Shown here: positions 25,286-33,563 of the stretch, piece by piece | Position numbering within the stretch: position 1 is the first letter of the stretch | Layout: each line of letters opens with the position of its first letter | NCBI GenBank assembly: GCA_963725235.1 | Contig: CAVRXN010000002.1 | Location: 186,902 to 250,901, forward strand | Direction of reading: 5' to 3' | DNA length: 64,000 bases | DNA from: an uncultured bacterium | GTDB lineage: Bacteria > Patescibacteriota > Minisyncoccia > UBA6257 > 2-01-FULL-56-20 | The notes under the pieces: model-generated | Told to the model about the DNA's origin: nothing | Seen by the model: only the letters and a program-made list of their open reading frames with translations | Databases searched by the model: none | Translations under genes and position numbers: made by a program

Positions 25286-26848
25286 CTACGCAAACCCCGG
25301 GAAGAAATCCGTCTTGATATGCCCTCGTGGAACGCCGAGCTCACGCAAAATCTTTTCGAACGAGACGACCATCGCGTGCGTGCCCGAGATGTAGAACGTC
25401 CGTTCGCGGTAGTCGGGGATCTCGCGCTCGACGCGCGCCCCGTCGAGCCGCCCATCGGTTTCGGTATTTACATAAATAGTTTTCAAATCGATCGTCCGCG
25501 CGGCTTCATCAAACACGTCGCGGTAGGCAACCTCGGACGCCGAGTGGTTGGAATATAAAAGAATAATATCGGGGCCGGGGGCGCCGGCGTTTTCGCCCGC
25601 GCGGTCACTGAGAAATTTTATCATGCTGCGGAACGGTGTTATGCCAATACCACCGGCGACGAAAACAAGTTTTTTCGCAACGCTGCTCGTGGCACCGCTC
25701 GCGCCAAAATCCCGCGGCAATGTAAAGTCGCCAGCGAGCTGGCCGGCCATCATCTGATCACCTGGCTGGAGCGCCAGCATTTTCTGTTTGAACGTGCTCG
25801 ATGGTATGTAGAACTTCACGCCGAGATGAAATTCCGATTCGGTCGGGGATGAGGCGACCGTAAAGTAGCGGCGGTTGCCGCGGCCATCGGCGCCGTCGCT
25901 CGGCAACGTGAACTCCATATATTGCCCCGGCGCGAACTTCATAATTTTTTCATTATTGGAACGCGCGTCCGTCGCGCCGTCCGGCGCAAACGTAAAGTCA
26001 TACATATCGCCACCGATCACGCGCTTCTCGCGGAACGTCAAGGCATATTTCGTTTTCGGGCTGACCGCGTATGATAAAATATTTCCGACGACGAGGGCGA
26101 GTTCCGGCGTCGAGTAGATCGAGCCGACATGGATCAGGGGCGAGAAGAGCGCGCCGACAATCGCGCCGTACGCGATGCGAAACCCGCGCGTCGGCGGCGT
26201 GGTCAGCGGCTCCGTGAGCATGATGAACGCGACGAACAACAACGAAGTATGGACAAACACCTTTTGAACGATTGCAAGCGGGTCGGCCGGAAAATTCGTA
26301 ACAACGCAGCTCGCGAACGCGGCAACAAAAAACGAAATGACGAGATCGAAGCGCTGAATTTTGCGCACGACGAGCAGGCCGCCGATCAGCACGAAAGCCA
26401 GCAATGGCAGGTTGCCACCGGCCCACCAGCTTGCATATTGGCCGAAGATGAATGCGGTCAGGGCGACCGCAATCGCGGCAGGATTAAAAATATGTTTGCG
26501 GTTGATCGCGAGAATATATTTTGAAGCCATCGCGAACGCTCCGGCCAAAACGAGAAACGCGATGTTCGCGGCGGACAAGCCGGGCGAGATGATGAGCGTG
26601 AGGATGAGCGACGTTATGTAAACCGATTCGACGTTCGCCGGGACACGGAAAATTTTTGCGAACGCGAAGTTCGCGGCCCAGCACGCGGCGAGGAGGATGA
26701 GTCCGGAGGCGATGAGCGTTATCGGATCGATCGCCATCCATCCGACGGCACCGAAGATCGCCGCGACCGCAACGAGAATTATTAAAAAATACATCACGAG
26801 GCGGTACATCGTGATGCGGTTCAGGAGGTTGTCGATAAACGTCAGCAT
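25286..26848 (-). CDS. Fusion protein: RnfD/NqrB-like polytopic membrane domain plus C-terminal ferredoxin-NADP reductase-type FAD/NAD(P)-binding domain
   Basis: The N-terminal ~250 aa are polytopic (..NRKHIFNPAAIAVAL.., ..MLTEPLTTPPT..). The C-terminus carries FNR motifs RRYFTVASSP (RxYS-type FAD site), LVFVAGGIGITPFRSM (NAD site) and FYISGTHAMV. Confidence 0.7.
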   Translation of the reverse strand: MLTFIDNLLNRITMYRLVMYFLIILVAVAAIFGAVGWMAIDPITLIASGLILLAACWAANFAFAKIFRVPANVESVYITSLILTLIISPGLSAANIAFLVLAGAFAMASKYILAINRKHIFNPAAIAVALTAFIFGQYASWWAGGNLPLLAFVLIGGLLVVRKIQRFDLVISFFVAAFASCVVTNFPADPLAIVQKVFVHTSLLFVAFIMLTEPLTTPPTRGFRIAYGAIVGALFSPLIHVGSIYSTPELALVVGNILSYAVSPKTKYALTFREKRVIGGDMYDFTFAPDGATDARSNNEKIMKFAPGQYMEFTLPSDGADGRGNRRYFTVASSPTESEFHLGVKFYIPSSTFKQKMLALQPGDQMMAGQLAGDFTLPRDFGASGATSSVAKKLVFVAGGIGITPFRSMIKFLSDRAGENAGAPGPDIILLYSNHSASEVAYRDVFDEAARTIDLKTIYVNTETDGRLDGARVEREIPDYRERTFYISGTHAMVVSFEKILRELGVPRGHIKTDFFPGFA

Positions 26849-26963
26849 CGTGCTTCTATTTTAATATAGATTTAACATTTGACGAAATTGCAGATTTGAA
26901 ATATGATGTTGGTGGCTCTCAACGGATGCAAATCTGGAGAGTACATTACAGCAGAGGTGAACT

Positions 26964-27662
26964 TTGAAAACTCATTTGAGCAGAATCCTTGCGGTTTTGG
27001 TTCTGATCATGGGCGTGGCAATTGCGACAAATGTCGCGATGGCAAGCCCGATCACAACCACAACGTACGACGCAGATGCGCCGGGCGGGTGGTACAACGG
27101 CACCGGTCCGGTCGATGGCGGTTTTGCTGTCGTTACGACGGACTATGGCGACGGAGATGTATTGAACCTATTCCTTCGCGTTCAGCAACGCGGCGTAGGG
27201 CCGATCGATCCGACGGTTGAAAACTTTTACCAAGTTCCAGCTGGAGACGTCTTCAATATCGATTTCGGTGAACAAACCATCGGCTCGACGGTTGCGAATT
27301 ATGTCGAGCAAAACGTCACGATCGACGATACGACCACCAATAAATCGTTTTCGTTCGATCCAACGTCAATATCTGACAATGCGACGATGACGAGTGGCGG
27401 ACAAGAAGTCGGGTTCGAGAACTCGGAGCAAATTATTTACTTTGCGAGTGTTCTCGGGTACAACCCCGGCGACAATCTCACGGTGAATTTCAGCGCGTAT
27501 CCCGGTGTCGCTCCAGCAGAAGATCCAAGTGATCTCATCAATATTGCTACTAGCGCCCTCACCCCAACCCCCGAACCGTCAACCTACGGATTCCTCGGTA
27601 TCGGCCTCGTCGGCATGGCCTTCTTCGCCCGCCGGCGCAAACAGACGGTGCAAAACCAGTAA
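26964..27662 (+). CDS. Secreted protein with PEP-CTERM-type C-terminal sorting signal (TTG start)
   Basis: Signal peptide ILAVLVLIMGVAIATNVAMA. The C-terminus TPTPEPSTYGFLGIGLVGMAFFARRRK has a PEP motif, a hydrophobic helix and a basic cluster. Confidence 0.65.
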   Translation: MKTHLSRILAVLVLIMGVAIATNVAMASPITTTTYDADAPGGWYNGTGPVDGGFAVVTTDYGDGDVLNLFLRVQQRGVGPIDPTVENFYQVPAGDVFNIDFGEQTIGSTVANYVEQNVTIDDTTTNKSFSFDPTSISDNATMTSGGQEVGFENSEQIIYFASVLGYNPGDNLTVNFSAYPGVAPAEDPSDLINIATSALTPTPEPSTYGFLGIGLVGMAFFARRRKQTVQNQ

Positions 27663-27719
27663 CCCTCCTTCAGCAGTTCCTTCCCGCCGCGGCGGATCCT
27701 TTCAAGGGTCTGACCGCGG

Positions 27720-28538
27720 TTATTTTTTTAACCATTTTTTAAATCCGCTCGTCATTGTCGCAATCCCGCGCGCGTCGATCATATACGCTTCGAGCTGCGC
27801 CGTCTTCGGGAGTGACTCGATAAACTGAATGCCGGCCGCACCCATCGCGAACGCCGCCGTTGCAAAGCGGTCAGCTTCATAGATGTTCGGCCCGATGATG
27901 GTTAAGCTGAGAATTTTATTTTCGCCATCGTTCGCGCCGCCGCCGGACCCGCCCGCCGCCGCGCCAGTTTTGGGATTATAAATATGCTCGCCGCGGATGT
28001 AAGTGCCGGATGTTGCGACGCCAAAACCGCCGACCGGCGCGTAAATCGTTTTCACGATCTCGGATTGCTTTAACGGATTTTTAATACCAACACTCCACGG
28101 TTCGCCATCGCCATTCACGCCACCCGTCTGGATATCGCCGCCTGCGTCGACATAAAAGTTGGCAAAGCTGCGATCGCGAATCAAACCGGCCGCATTCCAA
28201 ATTGCCCAGCCCTTCACGAGGCCAGACGGGTCGAGTAAGCCATCCGCGCCATCGCGGCCCGGCCGCCGAATATCAAAAAATCCGCCCGTGCGTTGCTTCG
28301 TTTCCTCCGACACCATTAAAACAATTCGCATGTCATCGCTCCACTCACTCTCCGCAAGCTCACCACGATTGATCCGCATCATCTCACTGTCCGGTTTGTA
28401 CGTGCTGAACTTTTTGTCGATATACGTGAAGTAATCAAAAACCGCAGCGATGGCGGCAGCAAGATCTTCCGGCGCGGACGTGCCGTCTGCAATTTCAACC
28501 GTCACCGGCATGCCCATCAGAACCCGCGTCTCTTTCAT
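27720..28538 (-). CDS. apbE: FAD:protein FMN transferase ApbE
   Basis: MGMPVTVEI.., SEMMRINRG, LDPSGLVKGWA, YVDAGGDIQTGG, WSVGIKNP, VATSGTYIRGEHIYNPKTG, EADRFATAAFAMG are all ApbE family hallmarks. Start taken at MKETRV (28538). Confidence 0.85.
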   Translation of the reverse strand: MKETRVLMGMPVTVEIADGTSAPEDLAAAIAAVFDYFTYIDKKFSTYKPDSEMMRINRGELAESEWSDDMRIVLMVSEETKQRTGGFFDIRRPGRDGADGLLDPSGLVKGWAIWNAAGLIRDRSFANFYVDAGGDIQTGGVNGDGEPWSVGIKNPLKQSEIVKTIYAPVGGFGVATSGTYIRGEHIYNPKTGAAAGGSGGGANDGENKILSLTIIGPNIYEADRFATAAFAMGAAGIQFIESLPKTAQLEAYMIDARGIATMTSGFKKWLKK

Positions 28539-28560
28539 ATTCGTGTTTCGCCGCGCATGG

Positions 28561-29049
28561 CTAGCCCTTCGCCTGTGCAAGTGCCGCCGCGAGTCCCTGC
28601 TGGAACGCCTCGCTCGTTTGTGTCGCACCGGAAACAATATTCACGTTCGCGTTCTGCGCCGCAATCGTTTCCTGTTCGAGCGTCGGCAACGCGGCCGTGT
28701 TGACCTGAATCGTGTGGCCTGCCGTGTTCGGATAAACCGGCCATGCGACCGCCGTGATCATGCCGCCGCTGACGGTTATATTCAGTTGGAGGTTGCCATA
28801 GATCGCATTTTCAACCGGACTCGTGTAGGTGCCATCGCTATATTGTCCCATCACCATGCCGCCCATGTCGCCGCTGCTCGCATTGCCAGCCGTTGAAGTC
28901 GTGTCGGTTCCCGTGCCAGTCGTGTCGCCGCCGGTGTTCGTCGCGGTTTGTGTCGCGCTTGAGTTCGAACCCGATCCGCTAAAAATAATATACGCGCCAA
29001 TCGCGACCACTATTACGAGCCCAACAATCCATCCCCAGATTTTTTTCAT
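28561..29049 (-). CDS. Membrane-anchored extracytosolic FMN-binding domain protein (predicted ApbE substrate)
   Basis: N-terminal TM anchor, Thr/Gly-rich linker, FMN_bind-like domain with the flavinylation motif VSGATQTS ([S/T]GA[S/T]). Confidence 0.75.
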   Translation of the reverse strand: MKKIWGWIVGLVIVVAIGAYIIFSGSGSNSSATQTATNTGGDTTGTGTDTTSTAGNASSGDMGGMVMGQYSDGTYTSPVENAIYGNLQLNITVSGGMITAVAWPVYPNTAGHTIQVNTAALPTLEQETIAAQNANVNIVSGATQTSEAFQQGLAAALAQAKG

Positions 29050-29110
29050 ATAATTTATTTTCTCTTATGATACCACAGTATACGACTTGAGCGGGGGATT
29101 TGTTGCGTTG

Positions 29111-29181
29111 TGGACCCACCGGGAATCGGACCCGGCCTTCGTCCATGCCATGGACGTGTAATACCACTTTACTATGGGCCC
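29111..29181 (-). tRNA. tRNA-Ala (anticodon GGC)
   Basis: Minus strand GGGCCCATAGTAAAGTGGTATTACACGTCCATGGCATGGACGAAGGCCGGGTCCGATTCCCGGTGGGTCCA. G3:U70 identity pair, anticodon loop ATGGCAT. The T loop TCCGATT is slightly atypical. Confidence 0.75.
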
Positions 29182-29235
29182 TCCTTTATTAATCCGATGA
29201 GAACGATTATAGTATAAAAACTGAAAGTTGGGAAC

Positions 29236-29310
29236 GTCCCCGTAGTTCAACGGATAGAACGGCTCACTCCTAACGAGTCGATCGAGGTTCAATTCCTCGC
29301 GGGGACACCA
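29236..29310 (+). tRNA. tRNA-Arg (anticodon CCT), CCA encoded
   Basis: Acceptor GTCCCCG/CGGGGAC, D arm GTTC-AACGGATA-GAAC, anticodon loop CTCCTAA, T arm CGAGG-TTCAATT-CCTCG, ACCA tail. The 3' half is overlapped on the opposite strand by the recombinase ORF. Confidence 0.85.
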
Positions 29311-30757
29311 CGCTTGAGTTAGTCCCCTCAGATGTCGAGATAGTGTTGAAAAGACGGCCCATCTGAGCGGTTCGAATATTTCCATTCAAAAATCCGGCCG
29401 GAAGAAGAAGACGATTGAACCGCTGGCGGAAGCTCGGTTTGAGCGACTCCCAAGTCGCGCGGAGTTTGCCCAAGGGCGCACTGATTTCGGTCAAGTGTTT
29501 GCGAGTGTGCTCGGCATTTATCACTCGGCACTTTTTCCCTTCGATAACCTCCTGTCGCTCAAGGATTGTTCTCTTCTGGCGCACGTACTCCTCGTCCGTA
29601 ATTAGACCTTTGGAACGCATACTGATCAGTTCATCCACTTCCCGATCTAGGTTGCGGGCGCGTTCTCGACTGCGCCGGAGCGACGCTCGTCCATCCGTCT
29701 CCCGATCGTGGGCTTCCGCGAGAACAGCGTCTCGGAGCTTTTGCAGCGCCTCCTGCGTTGGTGCGACCTGATCAAGAAAGGCCATGAAGTCCGCATATGG
29801 ACGGTCGATTGGAACGCTCTTGCCATATTTTGTGCACGCCTTGAACCGGCATACGTAATAAGGATAGAGACGGCTTCTGCCGCGTGAAGAACCGCCAGTC
29901 ATGTAGTGGGAACACGAATCGCATCGGATAAGGCCGCGCAGCGGAAACAAGGAATTCACTTTTTGGTGGGCTACCGAATGGTTCCGGCGAGCGATCACGC
30001 GTTGCACGCGCAGAAACTCATCCCGCGTTACCATCGGAGCTTGTTTTCCCTCGTACTCTTCACCGCTCCAAGGATCAACAAGGATTCCCACGTAGTATTT
30101 GTTCGTGAAGAGGAGTGACAGGAATTGTGGGCTGAATGCACCGTTGCCATGGGGGCTCGTAAGGCCACGCGACACCATAAGCCGACCGATTTCAGCCTGC
30201 GTGTAGGCGCCGGTCGCGAAATCTCTCCATGCCCGTTGCAGTAATCCAAAAGTCGGCTGGTCCGGCAGATCGGGAAACAGTTTCTTTTCCTTCTTCGTGA
30301 CAGAACTCTTGTACCCGAGCGGCGGCCCCCAAGGGAAGATACCCTCCTGGAGTTTTCGCCGCATTCCCTGCACCGTCCGCGCCGCACGGATGTCATTATC
30401 AAATTGCGCGAATCCGGCCAGGATCGTTTCCATCAGCTTGCCTTCCGGATTGGCATCGATTGGTTCAGTAACCGACATGATGCGCACGCCGTACTTTGCG
30501 AGCGTGGCTTTCACGCTGAAGTGATCCGCCACGTTCCGCGCGAATCGGTCAACTTTCCACACGAGAAGCGCTTGGACTGTGCCTTTGTTCTCTCGACAAA
30601 AATCGATCAGTTCGATGAGCTGCGTCCGGTCAGCGAATTTCGCGGATTCGCCTTGTTCGATAAATGCTTTCAATACGCGAATGTCCTTCGAGCGGGCATA
30701 TTCCTGGCACGCCGCCTGCTGCGATTCGAGGCTGGTGCCTTCTATTTGCTCCTTTGA
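29270..30757 (-). pseudogene. Large serine recombinase, 5'-truncated (catalytic-Ser N-terminus missing)
   Basis: Homology runs from ..SKEQIEGTSLESQQAACQEYARSKDIRVLKAFIEQGESAKF..LLVWKVDRFARN (resolvase domain) through the recombinase and zinc-ribbon domains (CDSCSHYM..YYVCR) and a coiled coil. No start codon or beta1/Ser motif exists upstream. The last 41 nt are antisense to tRNA-Arg. Confidence 0.75.
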
Positions 30758-30905
30758 TGGAGGCGGGAGTAATGCAGGAAGTACGTAAGGCCATCATGGG
30801 CCATTCAAGCGGCGAAGACGTGAACTCCATTTACACCCATGTCGAATTACCGGCGAAGCGTGCAGCGATCCGGAAGCTCGAAGCATGGGTGCGTGAACAA
30901 CAACT
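30742..30905 (+). pseudogene. Tyrosine recombinase (phage-integrase family), C-terminal fragment only
   Basis: ..LMEAGVMQEVRKAIMGHSSGEDVNSIYTHV.. is the LGH..Y(T)H C-terminal catalytic box. Nothing corresponding to the N-terminal ~250 aa is present. Confidence 0.6.
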
Positions 30906-30934
30906 ACAACTTGAGCGCGAAGGAGGCGCATCAG

Positions 30935-31150
30935 ATGACCGCACAGAAAAAGACGGAGGCGGTACCGCCGCCAGCCGAAACGGACAAAGCCGAACGGAAG
31001 CCGTGGAAGAAGAGAACCCCGGTGGAAATCGTGCTTGACCAGATCCAAAAAGTGAAGGACGACGTGGCGAAGAAGGAAGACGAACTGAAAATCGCACGAC
31101 GCCAACTCCAAAAACTCGAAGAGGCGCGAAAGCTCCTCGAAACGATCTAG
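30935..31150 (+). CDS. Small basic coiled-coil protein
   Basis: Canonical SD AGGAGG (30921-30926) 8 nt before the ATG. 71 aa with a heptad-like KVKDDVAKKEDELKIARRQLQKLEEARKLLE segment. Confidence 0.5.
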   Translation: MTAQKKTEAVPPPAETDKAERKPWKKRTPVEIVLDQIQKVKDDVAKKEDELKIARRQLQKLEEARKLLETI

Positions 31151-31225
31151 CACATTTATCTTGAGCTTGCCCATCGGGCAGGCTCTTCTTTTGGTTGACC
31201 GAGAGGAATGAACGGGAGAGTAACC

Positions 31226-31772
31226 ATGAACGACATGAATCGCGACGACGCCATCATGAACGCAGGAATCGGTTTCGGAGCCGAGGCTGTCCGCGAAGAT
31301 TTCCGAAGACCAAGGCTATTTCGGTGAACGCATTGCGGCTGCTCGGCGCGAGGTCATTCGAACGTGGCATGATCGGGCTGGGAAGCTCAAGCCCAACGCT
31401 CGCGGCACGGACATCATGGGAGCGCTACTCCTCGCCGATCAGTTGTTCAGCCGCGTTCCGGCTGGCACGAAGAAGTATCTCTACGTCTTTTCCGACATGC
31501 GCCACGTCACGCGAGGATTGAACCTTGAGCTCCCGCATATCGTTGCAGCGGATACGCTCCTCGCGACCGCAGCGCGGCGTCGCCTAATCGCGAATCTACC
31601 CGGGGTTACTGTGCATGTGTTGGGAGCCGACGCCGAGGGAATGCCCGTCGCGGCATGGGATGACCTGCGGCGGTTTTGGGGGGCCTATTTCAAGAAGGCC
31701 GGAGCGAATCTAGTCAGTTACTCATCGCTCTCCGAACCGGAGATGTTGCCGCAAGCGGCTTCCGTCCAGTGA
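31226..31772 (+). pseudogene. Degraded gene, possibly vWA-like, with a frameshift near 31260-31325
   Basis: ATG 31226 follows GGGAGAG. That frame stops at ~31325, while the other frame continues ..ARGTDIMGALLLADQLF..KKYLYVFSDMRH.. (vWA-like T-D..G and hydrophobic-S/TD strand). The family call is weak. Confidence 0.3.
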
Positions 31773-32107
31773 GACGTGTTCGCCAGCACTCATGGTGTAG
31801 ATTCGCAAATGGAACAAAGGATCAAGCTTTGACAGACGATGCTCTATATAGAGGAGCTCGAAGCTCAGCGGAGCCTTATGGTTGCCGTCGCAACCGGGGG
31901 ACCGCGAATTCAGCAAGTCAACGACGAATATTCTATCCACAGAGCTTCTTGATAACAGGGCCCGTTAGCTCTATAGTTAAGGCTAAGGCGTTGTCCCGCC
32001 TTCTTCAAACTCAACACTCCTTTCGTGCATCATTCCGACCCACTTAACCAAAGATGTGGGCCGCAACCAGAGCTTCAAGGTTCTAAGATCTCGCTTTCCA
32101 TCTGCAC

Positions 32108-33346
32108 ATGAGAAAAGGTTTTACCCTCATCGAGCTTCTGGTCGTAATCGCTATCATCGCGATACTTTCTGTCGTCGTGATCTTCGCGCTCAATCCGGTC
32201 GTACTCCTCGAGCAGGGGCGGGATTCGTCGCGTATGTCGGACATGGCGGTCCTCAACAACAACATCAATTTTGCGAGTGAGGTAGGCAGCGGAGGCGGGA
32301 TATCCCTCGGCTCGCCCGACACCGTCTATATTTCCATCCCTGATCCCGTTGCAACATCCACTGCCGGTGATCAGTGCCAGGGTCTCGGACTCGGAACGCT
32401 TCCCTCGGGCTGGGCCTATCACTGCGCCGCATCATCCACCTATCACAATGTAAATGGCACGGGCTGGGTGCCGATCAACTTCACCATCCTCCCGGGAGGT
32501 AGCCCATCGGGTGCGTTGCCCGTTGATCCCGTGAACCAAACTTCAACGTTCCTCTATTACACCTACGTCATGAATTCGAGCTACCAGTACCAGCTCTATG
32601 CCCACTTCGAGTCGCCGAGTTACCAAGCCCAGGAATCGACGGAAGGCACGCCGGGGATAGACCCCGAGACCTACAAGATAGGGACGAACGTGGATATCGC
32701 TCCCTTTGCCGGAGGGATGGCCGGCTATTGGCCATTTACGGAAGGAAATGGAGCGACAACAGGTGACCTTTCTGGATATGGAAATACGGGTACGCTAACT
32801 AATGTCTCTTGGATCACCGGAACTCATGGCGCGGCTCTCAGTTTTAATGGGAATAATAGTATCGTCACTCTCTCCAACGCCGATGTCATAGGTTCGGGGC
32901 CGTTTACTTTCATTGCATGGGTTAATGCGACGACATCACCGGATCTTGAAATTCTCTTTACGACTGGCTATACCGGTTGCACGATTGTCGCCGCCTGGGC
33001 TCCGGGAGCCAATTTTGATTGTACTAATACTAATTATGCAAATGTCGCAACTGCTGGTAGCAACGGGTCATACACATCGTATTTGGGTCACTGGACGCAA
33101 GTGGCAGCGGTCCGGAACATAAATGGGGCGTACACCCTTTATATAAATGGCAGTCAGGTAGGCTTCGCTAATCAGAATGCCGGACCTGTGACCGGTGGCG
33201 GCGGATACACCGTGATCGGATGTGGTGGGTATAGCCCTCCTTGCGCGCCCAATGGAGATTTTAGCGGGGAGATGAATGACATCTTTTTATATAGTCGTCC
33301 GCTTAGCGCAACAGAGATTGCAGCCATCTACAATGCGACACAATGA
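32108..33346 (+). CDS. Type IV pilin-like protein fused to a LamG/concanavalin-A-like lectin domain
   Basis: MRKG-FTLIELLVVIAIIAILSVVV class III signal. The C-terminal half has LamG_3-like features (GYWPFTEGNG..DLSGYGNTGTL..HGAALSFNG.., FTFIAWVN, YTLYINGSQV, FSGEMNDIFLYSRPLSATEI). Confidence 0.75.
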   Translation: MRKGFTLIELLVVIAIIAILSVVVIFALNPVVLLEQGRDSSRMSDMAVLNNNINFASEVGSGGGISLGSPDTVYISIPDPVATSTAGDQCQGLGLGTLPSGWAYHCAASSTYHNVNGTGWVPINFTILPGGSPSGALPVDPVNQTSTFLYYTYVMNSSYQYQLYAHFESPSYQAQESTEGTPGIDPETYKIGTNVDIAPFAGGMAGYWPFTEGNGATTGDLSGYGNTGTLTNVSWITGTHGAALSFNGNNSIVTLSNADVIGSGPFTFIAWVNATTSPDLEILFTTGYTGCTIVAAWAPGANFDCTNTNYANVATAGSNGSYTSYLGHWTQVAAVRNINGAYTLYINGSQVGFANQNAGPVTGGGGYTVIGCGGYSPPCAPNGDFSGEMNDIFLYSRPLSATEIAAIYNATQ

Positions 33347-33563
33347 TGAGAAATGTATGTGGCGTTTCAGGCCATATTCACTATTGTTATGTTATAATTA
33401 GGATGATATCAATGGGCAAGTTTTCATTATTATCTCGTCTTGGATGCGCCTCGGTTGCGCTCGTAGCAATGCTCATGTTTTTGGCTCTTTCTCCGAATGC
33501 GCATGCGGCGATTTCTTTTGTGAGTGCAACTAGCACACCCGTAACAGATGGCACTCTCATAAG

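Noticed and set aside
24872-25558. 228-aa plus-strand ORF, and similar long antisense ORFs (432..1055, 2173..2766, 11343..12023, 33644..34279, 48652..49521, 57688..58329, 60936..61481)
   Set aside because: - All lie antisense to, or out of frame with, genes that have strong family signatures.
- Their products are low-complexity Arg/Ser/Pro-rich strings, typical of GC-rich shadow ORFs.
27663-27719. Palindromes CCGCCGCGGCGG and ACCGCGGT between the PEP-CTERM gene and apbE, considered as a bidirectional terminator
   Set aside because: Both are loop-less palindromes with very short stems. Only a T-run on one side is convincing, so there is not enough support to annotate a terminator.
31958-32002. 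tRNA 5'-half-like sequence GGGCCCGTTAGCTCTATAGTTAAGGCTAAGGCGTTGTCCCGCCTT inside the island
   Set aside because: - It has an acceptor-like start and a plausible D arm. However, the anticodon hairpin has a 6-nt loop, and no T arm or 3' acceptor strand follows.
- It is not a functional tRNA, and 5' halves are not what integrative elements duplicate.
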